Position numbers and translations under genes: made by a program. DNA of 64,000 bases from Escherichia coli (GTDB taxonomy: Bacteria > Pseudomonadota > Gammaproteobacteria > Enterobacterales > Enterobacteriaceae), in assembly GCA_902500125.1 (NCBI GenBank), contig GCA_902500125.1_4132.1; one strand, written 5' to 3'. Position 1 is the first letter of the stretch. Each line of letters begins with the position of its first letter. Shown piece after piece: positions 36,724-44,507 of this stretch. The notes beneath the pieces are model-generated. The model was not told the origin of the DNA and made no database searches. It saw nothing but the letters and a program-made list of their open reading frames with translations.

Positions 36724-36963
36724 ATGGCTAGTACTAAAACTTACAACGGACACAAAAACAAAACTCATTGGAATGTAAGCCTTTGGATTAATAACGGTGA
36801 GTCATTGTATCGGCTTGCTCAAAGTTGCATCGCACAAAGTAGAACTAAAGATATTGCTGCGGAATGTATGTACCGCAGATTAAAAGCCAACGGTACTACT
36901 ACAACGCCGGACGGCTTTAAGTATAGCACTACTGCGATCCGTGCTGCAATGGTTGGAATGTAA
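36724..36963 (+). CDS. hypothetical early protein (79 aa); paralog of 34682
   Basis: RBS ACGAGGATTTAAAAATG. Confidence 0.6.
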   Translation: MASTKTYNGHKNKTHWNVSLWINNGESLYRLAQSCIAQSRTKDIAAECMYRRLKANGTTTTPDGFKYSTTAIRAAMVGM

Positions 36964-37020
36964 TATTCAGTACTGAGATAATGGCGGGTAATAGTTCCCG
37001 CCTTTACTGAGGGTTATCTA

Positions 37021-37281
37021 ATGAGTAAAGTAATTAGCTATACAGCACTAAGCAAGTCATTATCTATTAGCCAGTGCACCGATGGTTATTGGCTTTATGA
37101 TGAAACGCGTGGAATGAATTTAGCTATGCGTGCAAAAACTGCTGAGGCGGCGTATCTTGAGGCACTGGAATACTACCAGGAACGTTTAACGGAAGTAGAA
37201 GAAGATTATAAAAGCCTCAAAGCGAAAGTAGATCATTTCGTCGGTCAATTCATCGAGGAAGACGACGATAAACAATACTGA
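37021..37281 (+). CDS. hypothetical protein (86 aa)
   Basis: Preceded by hairpin GGCGGGTAATAGTTCCCGCC and RBS TGAGGGTTATCTAATG. Confidence 0.55.
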   Translation: MSKVISYTALSKSLSISQCTDGYWLYDETRGMNLAMRAKTAEAAYLEALEYYQERLTEVEEDYKSLKAKVDHFVGQFIEEDDDKQY

Positions 37282-37291
37282 AAAAAAGTAC

Positions 37292-37350
37292 TTGCAATTA
37301 GTTTTCAGTACTGTATAATGGTTTACATCAAAGGGAGAAATGGTTCTCCC
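37292..37350 (+). promoter_or_regulatory. early cassette promoter + leader hairpin GGGAGAAATGGTTCTCCC
   Basis: TTGCAA-N16-TGTATAAT (extended -10). Confidence 0.65.
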
Positions 37351-37369
37351 TGGTAATGAGGAAAATAAA

Positions 37370-37591
37370 ATGGCTAATATCACTACTCTTTCCCAACTGG
37401 AAGCACTGGTGAAATCTATGCGGGAACATGCCGACAAAATCGGCGTACAAGATCCAGCCGTTTGCTTCTGCGACGAATTGAATGATGATACCCTGGTAAT
37501 AGCAGAAGTCCAGGACGTTTCTAACTATTCATCGCGTTACACTGGCGGCGTAGCAAATAAAGGCGACTTCTGTTTATACCTTACAAAATAA
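37370..37591 (+). CDS. hypothetical early protein (73 aa)
   Basis: RBS TGAGGAAAATAAAATG after the hairpin. Confidence 0.55.
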   Translation: MANITTLSQLEALVKSMREHADKIGVQDPAVCFCDELNDDTLVIAEVQDVSNYSSRYTGGVANKGDFCLYLTK

Positions 37592-37595
37592 CAAC

Positions 37596-37626
37596 GCGGG
37601 GAGATAATAACTCCCCGTTACTTTTT
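37596..37626 (+). terminator. rho-independent terminator (CGGGGAG-ATAATAA-CTCCCCG + T-tract)
   Basis: Hairpin followed by TTACTTTTT. Confidence 0.65.
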
Positions 37627-37768
37627 CAGTACTGAATCATTTAATAGACGGATCTCGGCACCCGGTGGGTTAGTGACTGTTTCGTCTTGATGTAGTAATT
37701 ATGCCAGTACTGGATGCACTTGTCAACAACTATTTTTCAAATACTTTTTATTAAAATACTTGCAATTA

Positions 37769-37825
37769 GTTTTTAAACGCGTATAATGTTTTGCATAGGG
37801 GGAGCGGTTCCCCCTGGTAACTAAG
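37769..37825 (+). promoter_or_regulatory. early cassette promoter + leader hairpin GGGGGAGCGGTTCCCCC
   Basis: TTGCAA-N16-TATAAT. Confidence 0.6.
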
Positions 37826-37835
37826 GAATAATAAA

Positions 37836-38072
37836 ATGCTTGAACAAATCAAATCAACGACTTCGAATGTAACGGGAACGGTAGCACACTTTACTAGTGA
37901 TGAATCGCGGGGCGTACCCTATTGTGCTGTACATGTAAACACTGATGGCAACTACTGGTTTACTGTTTACGGATCATATTCCTTTGGACGACCAGGGCAT
38001 CAAAAAATTCTGGATAAAGTACAGCCAACGGGTAAAAATATCACTGCTGAAATGTTTTATAAAAAATCATAA
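37836..38072 (+). CDS. hypothetical early protein (78 aa)
   Basis: RBS CTAAGGAATAATAAAATG. Confidence 0.6.
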   Translation: MLEQIKSTTSNVTGTVAHFTSDESRGVPYCAVHVNTDGNYWFTVYGSYSFGRPGHQKILDKVQPTGKNITAEMFYKKS

Positions 38073-38077
38073 AGTAC

Positions 38078-38136
38078 TTGATAATAGTTTTTAGTACTGT
38101 ATAATATTTTACATCGCAAGGGGGAGCGGTTCCCCC
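38078..38136 (+). promoter_or_regulatory. early cassette promoter (TTGATA-N16-TGTATAAT) + leader hairpin GGGGGAGCGGTTCCCCC
   Basis: Same hairpin sequence as the preceding cassette. Confidence 0.6.
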
Positions 38137-38156
38137 TGGTAACTAAGGATAATCAA

Positions 38157-38456
38157 ATGAAAATTGCAATCATCGCCCTGGCTTTATCTGTTTCCTCTTT
38201 CGCTGTTAATGCGTCATTAGATGTAAGTAGTGAAAAATTCATTCAGTGCACTGTTGCAATGACCGATGAAAGTACTGGCGAGATTGTATTAAAGGATCTG
38301 GAGATTCAGCCGGAAGCATTTAAAAACGGCCCGTTCCATGAAGAAGACGAAAACGGTAGCACGACAATTTATTATGATGCCAGTACTAAACGCGGTTCGG
38401 TCACTGTAATGGATACTGAGAAAGTAACGCATACCGGCGTTATTAATTGCCGTTGA
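38157..38456 (+). CDS. secreted early protein with signal peptide (99 aa)
   Basis: MKIAIIALALSVSSFAVNASLD; RBS CTAAGGATAATCAAATG. Confidence 0.6.
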   Translation: MKIAIIALALSVSSFAVNASLDVSSEKFIQCTVAMTDESTGEIVLKDLEIQPEAFKNGPFHEEDENGSTTIYYDASTKRGSVTVMDTEKVTHTGVINCR

Positions 38457-38477
38457 TAGATACTACGGGGTAACATC

Positions 38478-38708
38478 ATGACTAAGCGAATTGTTTTACT
38501 TAACGAAAGCAGTACTACACAACTACTTAACGCCGTGCATTATGATATTGAAACGAGCGTTAATCTTATCAGTACTGTAGTACTGTTGGACACTGGAAAG
38601 GTCGCCAATGATAAAGCGATTGCAGGTATATTAACGGATCTTGAGCCTGGTAGCAGTGCACCAATAACGTTAAATGGTAAAGTGTTTAATATTTTACTCA
38701 CTGATTAA
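38478..38708 (+). CDS. hypothetical protein (76 aa)
   Basis: ORF track; weak RBS; no promoter of its own. Confidence 0.5.
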   Translation: MTKRIVLLNESSTTQLLNAVHYDIETSVNLISTVVLLDTGKVANDKAIAGILTDLEPGSSAPITLNGKVFNILLTD

Positions 38709-38714
38709 GTACAT

Positions 38715-38737
38715 AGCCCACCTGGTGGGCTTTTTTG
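38715..38737 (+). terminator. rho-independent terminator (AGCCCACC-T-GGTGGGCT + T6)
   Basis: Perfect stem followed by TTTTTTG. Confidence 0.7.
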
Positions 38738-38790
38738 TTTTTGTAGTATCGTAGTACTGAGATACTTTGAAAATAGTTTTAAGAAAGTAG

Positions 38791-38819
38791 TTGACATTAC
38801 CGCAGAAAAGCGTAGAATG
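38791..38819 (+). promoter_or_regulatory. promoter TTGACA-N17-TAGAAT with ~110-nt structured leader
   Basis: Leader 38825-38925 is related to the 35881/46021 elements (ACGGGGA..AAGTAG..AGTAAG..ACGAAAAACT). Confidence 0.55.
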
Positions 38820-38941
38820 TATTACATCAAGACGGGGAGCACTAAGTAGACCGCCAGTAAGTCGAACGAAAAACTGGACACGTCGAGAAAACTTTGATAC
38901 ACTAATAAACGTAAACTAAACTTTAATTGAGGATTTATAAA

Positions 38942-39424
38942 ATGGCTAATGTAAAATCATTCATCAAAGCACTGGTAGCAAATGAAACTAACGTCGCGGC
39001 TGAGATCCTGGCTGAACTGGATAACGATACCATGAAAGCGGTACGCAATAATTTTAACATCGCGTACAGTACTGCGAAAGAACTACAAGCAAATAAAGCG
39101 GCAGAGATTGAAGCAGCGAAGGCGGCCCGTGAAGCAGAACTACAAGCAACAATTGAAAGTATCCAGGCGGCAGTAGTTGGGCTGGATCTGGAAGTAGTTA
39201 CCGAGATGGCACAAAAAGCCCTGGCGGTTAAGTACGGGGAAGATAAGCCGGAATCTAAGCCTAAAAAATGGATTCAAGAACGTGTAGCGGTAGTACTTGA
39301 TAACGGGGAAGAATATCTGATTCCGGTGCGTGGTAACTGCATTGCGGTAGTACTGGATGCTATCAAAGAAAGCGGATTGACTCGCGAGGAATGGATCGAA
39401 GCTCATCGCAAAGTTGAAGCATAA
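38942..39424 (+). CDS. Ala/Glu-rich coiled-coil early protein (161 aa)
   Basis: RBS ATTGAGGATTTATAAAATG. Confidence 0.6.
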   Translation: MANVKSFIKALVANETNVAAEILAELDNDTMKAVRNNFNIAYSTAKELQANKAAEIEAAKAAREAELQATIESIQAAVVGLDLEVVTEMAQKALAVKYGEDKPESKPKKWIQERVAVVLDNGEEYLIPVRGNCIAVVLDAIKESGLTREEWIEAHRKVEA

Positions 39425-39445
39425 CAATTAAAGTACTGAATCATT

Positions 39446-39472
39446 AGCCCACTTATACAGTGGGCTTTTTTG
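39446..39472 (+). terminator. rho-independent terminator (AGCCCACT-TATAC-AGTGGGCT + T6)
   Basis: Hairpin followed by TTTTTTG. Confidence 0.7.
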
Positions 39473-39625
39473 TGTTTATCGTTTACCAGGCCACCAGCAC
39501 CGCCTAGAAACGATTCTAACGTATTAAACTGTTTATCTGATGCATTGCCCTAGCTGGTGGCGTTAAAGTCGTTAGAATGCGATTGAGTGCGTTTAAAGTA
39601 TTTTGCAAAAAGTAATAAAAAGTAC

Positions 39626-39685
39626 TTGCACGATTAAGAGATTAGCGTATAATGTTTTACATCGAGAGGGGGAAACGGTTCTCCT
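39626..39685 (+). promoter_or_regulatory. early cassette promoter + leader hairpin GGGGGAAACGGTTCTCC
   Basis: TTGCAC-N16-TATAAT. Confidence 0.6.
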
Positions 39686-39708
39686 TCCAAATCAAAGGAA
39701 TCAAAACA

Positions 39709-39936
39709 ATGGCTATCGTAATCGCTTATGTAACTGGTACTACTGGCACTTCTTCTACTGTTGCTGTAATTACCAACAAGAAAGGTGCGGAATTACATTC
39801 TGCAATGGATACCTGGGCGGTAAATGAGTTCGGTCAGTGGGCAAGTGTAGCATATGTTGAAACCTATCAAGTGCCAACCATTAGCTTAACGGATCTCGGT
39901 GTAGATCGTATCCTTTGCCTGGATGAATTAAATTAA
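39709..39936 (+). CDS. hypothetical early protein (75 aa)
   Basis: MAIVIAYVTGTTGTSS; RBS AAAGGAATCAAAACAATG. Confidence 0.55.
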   Translation: MAIVIAYVTGTTGTSSTVAVITNKKGAELHSAMDTWAVNEFGQWASVAYVETYQVPTISLTDLGVDRILCLDELN

Positions 39937-39944
39937 AAAAGTAC

Positions 39945-40005
39945 TTGCAAAGTAAGTTGGATAAAGTATAATACATTACATCAAGGGGAGAAAATGGTTC
40001 TCCCC
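39945..40005 (+). promoter_or_regulatory. early cassette promoter + leader hairpin GGGGAGAAAATGGTTCTCCCC
   Basis: TTGCAA-N16-TATAAT. Confidence 0.6.
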
Positions 40006-40023
40006 ACTAAGAGGAAACTAAAA

Positions 40024-40167
40024 ATGAAAACTTGTCAATGTGGTAAAAAATCTATTACTGGTTTGAAACGGGGCGTTGCTCTTTGTCAGTATCACTATAA
40101 CGCTCAGGTATGGGGTAAAGAGTGGGCCGACCAGGTGGAAGCAGTAAAGAAAGCAAAAAGTAAGTAA
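40024..40167 (+). CDS. small Cys-rich protein (47 aa, CQCG...CQYH zinc-ribbon-like)
   Basis: RBS AAGAGGAAACTAAAAATG; the antisense ORF 40018..40227 was rejected. Confidence 0.45.
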   Translation: MKTCQCGKKSITGLKRGVALCQYHYNAQVWGKEWADQVEAVKKAKSK

Positions 40168-40186
40168 AATTATTATCACAGTACTA

Positions 40187-40215
40187 TTGACATAGATTGA
40201 TAGTACTGGCATAAT
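40187..40215 (+). promoter_or_regulatory. class-2 promoter AGTACTATTGACATAGATTGATAGTACTGGCATAAT (flanking inverted AGTACTAT/ATAGTACT)
   Basis: TTGACA-N17-CATAAT; same block at 40481, 43338 and 50987. Confidence 0.55.
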
Positions 40216-40248
40216 AGATTTTATCAAGACAACTAAGAGGAAACAATA

Positions 40249-40461
40249 ATGGCTATCATCACAAAAATCAAAGTAAACAAATCACTGGTTAAGCTGGAAG
40301 AAGTGAAAGAAGGTTATAAAGTATCGTGGTGCGGCATGTATCGGATTTTTACAGATGTTGACGATGCAATCAATTACTACACTGACACGGTAAAAAACTT
40401 TGTTCGTGCTGATGTGGTTATGGCAGTGGCAACACACAAAGCATCGAAAGAAAGTAAGTAA
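40249..40461 (+). CDS. hypothetical early protein (70 aa)
   Basis: RBS CTAAGAGGAAACAATAATG. Confidence 0.6.
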   Translation: MAIITKIKVNKSLVKLEEVKEGYKVSWCGMYRIFTDVDDAINYYTDTVKNFVRADVVMAVATHKASKESK

Positions 40462-40480
40462 AAATATTATCACAGTACTA

Positions 40481-40509
40481 TTGACATAGTTTGATAGTAC
40501 TGGCATAAT
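40481..40509 (+). promoter_or_regulatory. class-2 promoter (duplicate of 40187 block)
   Basis: About 80 bp duplicated almost exactly, including the downstream RBS region. Confidence 0.55.
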
Positions 40510-40542
40510 AGATTTTATCAAGACAACTAAGAGGAAATTAAA

Positions 40543-40887
40543 ATGGCTAATATCAACACTATCGCAAAACAAAATATCAACCTGTCTTCTGTTGAAGTTG
40601 TACATATTGCCGCTCGGCGTTGGTTCCAGGCTTCATATGGTAACACTTATTTCTCTTTAAGTGTAGACGTAGAAATTGATGGTAATTTTATTGAAGTAGT
40701 AAACGTGCCGTTCCAATATGGATACGGGGATCACTTTGACACTGTAGCAATGGAAGAATTTAGCAAGGTTATTAATATGGAAGATAAAGAGTTTTTACGC
40801 GGTTCTTATCTTTCCCGTTTTTGCCGTGACAATAATATCACTGTTTACAGTTCGGTAACTGATGTTAAACGCAAAAAAGATCTTTAA
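40543..40887 (+). CDS. hypothetical early protein (114 aa); paralog of 46523..46846
   Basis: Shared NTY..S and C-terminal VKRKKD[LM]. Confidence 0.6.
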   Translation: MANINTIAKQNINLSSVEVVHIAARRWFQASYGNTYFSLSVDVEIDGNFIEVVNVPFQYGYGDHFDTVAMEEFSKVINMEDKEFLRGSYLSRFCRDNNITVYSSVTDVKRKKDL

Positions 40888-40967
40888 TTAGCTTTACTTT
40901 ATGCAGATACTTTGATATAGTGTCTGCATAGGGGAAAGAAATTAAATTAACTTAAGAGGATCGTATA

Positions 40968-41237
40968 ATGAAAAATATCAGTACTTTAATCGATGCAGGT
41001 ACACATGTTCGGCGGTCTATGGTTGCAACCAGTACTACAAAACAAGTAGCGAGCGGTTATCTTGTATTTGTGCACGATGGTAAACTCCTGGAACGTTCAA
41101 TCAATTTTGATGTTAAAAACAATTGCCGTTTTATTATCTTTCGCCGTGAACAATATAAGATCGACATTCCAGCGAAGCCCATTAGCGGTGCGTACAATGT
41201 GCAATCATTGTTTGAGCGTCAACCATACACCTATTAA
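40968..41237 (+). CDS. hypothetical protein (89 aa)
   Basis: RBS TAAGAGGATCGTATAATG. Confidence 0.55.
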   Translation: MKNISTLIDAGTHVRRSMVATSTTKQVASGYLVFVHDGKLLERSINFDVKNNCRFIIFRREQYKIDIPAKPISGAYNVQSLFERQPYTY

Positions 41238-41288
41238 TCAAAACATCGTTAGCGGTCGATTCAGGCCGCTTATATTGGGGATTATACC

Positions 41289-41561
41289 ATGAACGTTAAT
41301 CAAGTACTGAATGAGATCGAAAGCATCATTAAACCGATGAAGCGTACTGATGCTATGTTAACACCGGAAGAATGCCGCCTTTATGAGCGTTACAGCGTCG
41401 AACAAGTCCAGGCAATGGCTATGGCTACCCCAGCCGTTAAACCGCCTGAGAATGCGTTACAGGACGTTACAGGGGATTATATCATCAATCCAGTACTAGG
41501 GAAGATGGCTGCAATCACCGAAGATCAACAAGACTACTTAAGCCAGTACTTAAAAGGTTAA
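41289..41561 (+). CDS. hypothetical protein (90 aa)
   Basis: ORF track; RBS TGGGGATTATACCATG. Confidence 0.55.
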   Translation: MNVNQVLNEIESIIKPMKRTDAMLTPEECRLYERYSVEQVQAMAMATPAVKPPENALQDVTGDYIINPVLGKMAAITEDQQDYLSQYLKG

Positions 41562-41566
41562 TTAAT

Positions 41567-41776
41567 ATGCTTACTGTACAGGATAAGATCGACATCTTAA
41601 AGGTTAATATGTATGTGATTGATGCCGTACCTGGTAAAGTATTTGCATACGATGACACTACTGTAAGCGATTTCTACTATAGCCAGGCCGTGGGGGATCT
41701 TTCTGTACAGTCGGTTATTGAAAACGTAGTTAATGCAGCGTATGAGCATTTACTTTCAAATAGTACTTGCAATTAG
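41567..41776 (+). CDS. hypothetical protein (69 aa)
   Basis: ORF track; its 3' end overlaps the next promoter. Confidence 0.5.
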   Translation: MLTVQDKIDILKVNMYVIDAVPGKVFAYDDTTVSDFYYSQAVGDLSVQSVIENVVNAAYEHLLSNSTCN

Positions 41777-41826
41777 TTTTTAAACGCGTATAATGTTTTA
41801 CATGAAGGGGAGAAATGATTCTCCCC
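41767..41826 (+). promoter_or_regulatory. early cassette promoter + leader hairpin GGGGAGAAATGATTCTCCCC
   Basis: TTGCAA-N16-TATAAT. Confidence 0.6.
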
Positions 41827-41845
41827 ACTAATTAAGGAATATGAA

Positions 41846-41992
41846 ATGAAAGCATCAAAAAAGAGTAATACTAAGAAAGCACGTTCACCTTTCGCTGGGG
41901 TATTCCCTTTACGTTTCGTTGATGAAGTAGTTTCCTACCCGCCGGGCCTTACTCCTGAGATGGTAGAAAGTTTGCGTAAATCTAAAAAATAG
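41846..41992 (+). CDS. small basic protein (48 aa)
   Basis: RBS TTAAGGAATATGAAATG; below the track cutoff. Confidence 0.4.
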   Translation: MKASKKSNTKKARSPFAGVFPLRFVDEVVSYPPGLTPEMVESLRKSKK

Positions 41993-41995
41993 TAC

Positions 41996-42055
41996 TTGCA
42001 ATTAGTTTTTAGTACTGTATAATAGTTTACATGAAGGGGAGAAATGATTCTCCCC
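41996..42055 (+). promoter_or_regulatory. early cassette promoter + leader hairpin GGGGAGAAATGATTCTCCCC
   Basis: TTGCAA-N16-TGTATAAT; hairpin identical to the previous cassette. Confidence 0.6.
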
Positions 42056-42073
42056 AATAACAGGAGAAACAAA

Positions 42074-42226
42074 ATGAAACAATACAACGCTCGGTTTGAT
42101 GTTACTATCGGTAACGGCAAAGGTCAATTCTCTTTCAGTACTCGCAAAAGTTATACAGAAAACTTCCTGCGTAATTGTGCACTGACCGCCGCTCAAATTA
42201 AACATTATTTTCAGGCTAAAAAATGA
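42074..42226 (+). CDS. small hypothetical protein (50 aa)
   Basis: RBS ACAGGAGAAACAAAATG. Confidence 0.5.
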   Translation: MKQYNARFDVTIGNGKGQFSFSTRKSYTENFLRNCALTAAQIKHYFQAKK

Positions 42227-42312
42227 AATCATTAGCTTATTACAGTTCAGCGGTGATCGGTGCATTGATCGCGGCATTGTTAGTAACCTATCTATTCTTT
42301 ATGGTGATTTAA
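42223..42312 (+). CDS. 29-aa hydrophobic peptide
   Basis: ATGA-coupled; MKSLAYYSSAVIGALIAALLVTYLFFMVI. Confidence 0.3.
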   Translation: MKSLAYYSSAVIGALIAALLVTYLFFMVI

Positions 42313-42453
42313 ATGAATCCTAACGGTTTAATTTACAGTACTCCTAAAACGAAAGCAGATAAAGCGAAAGCACGTAAAGCGAAAGTAAAGGAGTACATTA
42401 AGCAAGGCATGACGCGAAAGGCCGCACTACTCAGAGTAAAGGCTGAAAAATAA
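42313..42453 (+). CDS. 46-aa basic peptide
   Basis: Starts right after the upstream stop; K/R-rich. Confidence 0.3.
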   Translation: MNPNGLIYSTPKTKADKAKARKAKVKEYIKQGMTRKAALLRVKAEK

Positions 42454-42461
42454 TTGAAAAA

Positions 42462-42492
42462 AGGGTTGACTCCGGTCAGTCCCTTTGCTATT
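42462..42492 (+). terminator. class T2 terminator/promoter element (AGGGTTGAC-TCCG-GTCAGTCCCTTTGCTATTAT)
   Basis: Hairpin followed by TTTG; TTGACT within the stem lies 17 nt from TATTAT. Confidence 0.65.
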
Positions 42493-42588
42493 ATATATAC
42501 ATACCAGCGATACACTGGCGGCCCATAGGGTGCACAAATGTATCTATTATATAAGTATTGAGTACTGAAAACTATTTTTAAAAAGTAC

Positions 42589-42647
42589 TTGCAAACTATC
42601 TCAATAAGCGTATAATGTTTTACATCGAAAGGGGAAACGGTTTCCCC
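42589..42647 (+). promoter_or_regulatory. early cassette promoter + leader hairpin GGGGAAACGGTTTCCCC
   Basis: TTGCAA-N16-TATAAT; preceded by intergenic element A. Confidence 0.6.
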
Positions 42648-42667
42648 TGGTAATAAGGAAACAAATC

Positions 42668-43009
42668 ATGACTATCTCAATTGCTCAATCTAACTTTGAA
42701 AATGAAATCATCGCCCAGGCACTGCGTTTAAATGATGGTCGGGCCGAAATTAATTACGGTTTCAATTCAGGCGGTTGTGAAAAATATCAGTACTTTGTAA
42801 CGGCTGATGGCGGTGTCCTGGGTATCAATACAGTTATTGTAAACATCCAAAAAATTAATTTCAATGATCCAGACGATAGCCAGTTTTACATCACGGGCGT
42901 AGACGTGAACTATGAGGATGACTCACTAACTGATGACTACACTGGTGAAACGTTAGAAAGTGCATACTGTGAAGATGATTATCAGTCCGGTCCAGAAGAT
43001 TTCGAATAA
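42668..43009 (+). CDS. acidic hypothetical protein (113 aa)
   Basis: RBS TAAGGAAACAAATCATG. Confidence 0.6.
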   Translation: MTISIAQSNFENEIIAQALRLNDGRAEINYGFNSGGCEKYQYFVTADGGVLGINTVIVNIQKINFNDPDDSQFYITGVDVNYEDDSLTDDYTGETLESAYCEDDYQSGPEDFE

Positions 43010-43024
43010 TATAAAAAAATAGTT

Positions 43025-43084
43025 TGACAATAGATTATAGTACTGTATAATAGTTTACATCAAGGGGAGAAAAACTTCTCCCCA
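43025..43084 (+). promoter_or_regulatory. early cassette promoter (TTGACA-N16-TGTATAAT) + hairpin GGGGAGAAAAACTTCTCCCC
   Basis: Consensus-like promoter. Confidence 0.65.
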
Positions 43085-43105
43085 CTAACAGAGAGAGAAA
43101 ACAAA

Positions 43106-43318
43106 ATGGCTAATATCTGCACTGTACTGAAAAATGCAAAACAAGTTTTATTTTCTGATCACGATCATTTAAACAAGGATATTACTGGCGTTCGGAATAT
43201 CAAAGATGTAAAAAGTGTTATGGGTATCTATTGCAATATGAAACGTGTTGGAACGTTCGGCGACAAAGTACTATACCAGGCAGGGGATTACAATTTTACA
43301 CTGACTATCATTAACTAA
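43106..43318 (+). CDS. hypothetical early protein (70 aa)
   Basis: RBS AGAGAGAGAAAACAAAATG. Confidence 0.55.
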   Translation: MANICTVLKNAKQVLFSDHDHLNKDITGVRNIKDVKSVMGIYCNMKRVGTFGDKVLYQAGDYNFTLTIIN

Positions 43319-43337
43319 AAATATATTACCAGTACTA

Positions 43338-43365
43338 TTGACATAGTTTGATAGTACTGTATAAT
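43338..43365 (+). promoter_or_regulatory. class-2 promoter (AGTACTATTGACATAGTTTGATAGTACTGTATAAT)
   Basis: TTGACA-N16-TGTATAAT. Confidence 0.55.
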
Positions 43366-43409
43366 AAGTTTTATAAACAGTAGTTAACTTAACCTAAGAG
43401 AGAAATAAA

Positions 43410-43553
43410 ATGATCGCACTGGATTCATTCATCGACGCAGTACTGGCAAAAACTGGCGAGGATCTGACCGCAGAACAATACGCGATGATCGAGCAATGTC
43501 AGCAAGACGGTAAATCGGTGAAAGATACTGTTAAGATTATCCGCAAGATGTAA
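43410..43553 (+). CDS. small acidic protein (47 aa)
   Basis: RBS TAAGAGAGAAATAAAATG; below the track cutoff. Confidence 0.4.
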   Translation: MIALDSFIDAVLAKTGEDLTAEQYAMIEQCQQDGKSVKDTVKIIRKM

Positions 43554-43560
43554 TATTATA

Positions 43561-43590
43561 GCCCACTGGTCAACGCTGGTGGGCTTTAAT
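43561..43590 (+). terminator. terminator-like hairpin AGCCCACTGG-TCAACG-CTGGTGGGCT
   Basis: 10-bp stem; weak T-tract (TTTAATCC). Confidence 0.45.
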
Positions 43591-43652
43591 CCTTTACCCT
43601 ATACAATGCCAGTACTAAACCGTTTATCTCGTTAGAATGCGTTACAGGACGT

Positions 43653-43856
43653 TTGACAATGATTAGCATGAAATCAGTACAAAAACAAATAGAAACATTA
43701 TCAAAAATTAAACGTAAACAGTACTCGTTAGAATATACAATCAATGGTAACTATCATCTAATGAAAGAGAATAATTTTATTGTCATTGATGAATCATTGC
43801 AAATCATTAGTATAGTACTGAAAGCATTAATCAATGACAGAAAAAAATTAAAATAA
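43653..43856 (+). CDS. hypothetical protein (67 aa)
   Basis: ORF track; weak RBS; AT-rich. Confidence 0.35.
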   Translation: MTMISMKSVQKQIETLSKIKRKQYSLEYTINGNYHLMKENNFIVIDESLQIISIVLKALINDRKKLK

Positions 43857-43860
43857 TCTA

Positions 43861-43889
43861 TTGACAATATCATCCAGTACTGGCATAAT
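43861..43889 (+). promoter_or_regulatory. promoter TTGACA-N17-CATAAT with ~295-nt leader
   Basis: TTGACAATATCATCCAGTACTGGCATAAT; the leader holds element A and a cluster of GATCAA/TGATCA motifs. Confidence 0.55.
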
Positions 43890-44185
43890 ACTTACATCAA
43901 GACGAGAACGTCACTAACCCATAGGGTGCACAAATGTAACTATATAATATCGATCAATAAATGATCAAAAAAGTACTGGATCAATTTAACATAAGGAGTA
44001 TAATTCTGATCAATTCTTGATCAAAGGCAATATACGCAGTTGAATTTATATAGACATTACAAAGGCGTTACTATCCGTGGTAATGCTGGTGGATATGTAG
44101 TATCATATGGTTTGAATAAGATTAGCACTAGTAGTATTATTGTAGCATTACAGTACTATAGTATTTTTATAATGAGGTTAAAATA

Positions 44186-44443
44186 ATGGCAGTAGGATAC
44201 GCGAAAGACGGGGCCGAACAAGACGAGATTCACGCAGTGATTCAGGCCGCCGTTAACCACGCTAGAAAGCAAATTAACGCACAAAGAGAATCACTGGTAC
44301 ATTGCCTCGACTGCGGCGATAAAATCCCTGAGAATCGACGCCAGGCCGTTATAGGGTGCATGTATTGTATTACTTGCCAGGAGGATCATGATAGTACTTT
44401 TAAAAGAGATCCGCGTAATTGTTGGCATAGATCTATGAGATAA
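44186..44443 (+). CDS. DksA/TraR-family C4 zinc-finger protein
   Basis: HCLDCGDKIPENRRQAVIGCMYCITCQ (C-x2-C...C-x2-C with a P-x-x-RR motif); RBS TGAGGTTAAAATAATG. Confidence 0.75.
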   Translation: MAVGYAKDGAEQDEIHAVIQAAVNHARKQINAQRESLVHCLDCGDKIPENRRQAVIGCMYCITCQEDHDSTFKRDPRNCWHRSMR

Positions 44444-44450
44444 AAAGTAA

Positions 44451-44478
44451 TTGACAGTACTGAAAGATAGTGTATAAT
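44451..44478 (+). promoter_or_regulatory. promoter TTGACA-N16-TGTATAAT
   Basis: TTGACAGTACTGAAAGATAGTGTATAATG. Confidence 0.6.
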
Positions 44479-44507
44479 GTTTTATATCTTAACTGAGGAT
44501 AGTAATC

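Noticed and set aside
40018-40605. Minus-strand ORFs 40018..40227 and 40282..40605 in the early region
   Set aside because: They run across plus-strand promoters, hairpins and RBS-led small genes (40024, 40249, 40543). Hydrophobic antisense translations are typical of spurious ORFs.
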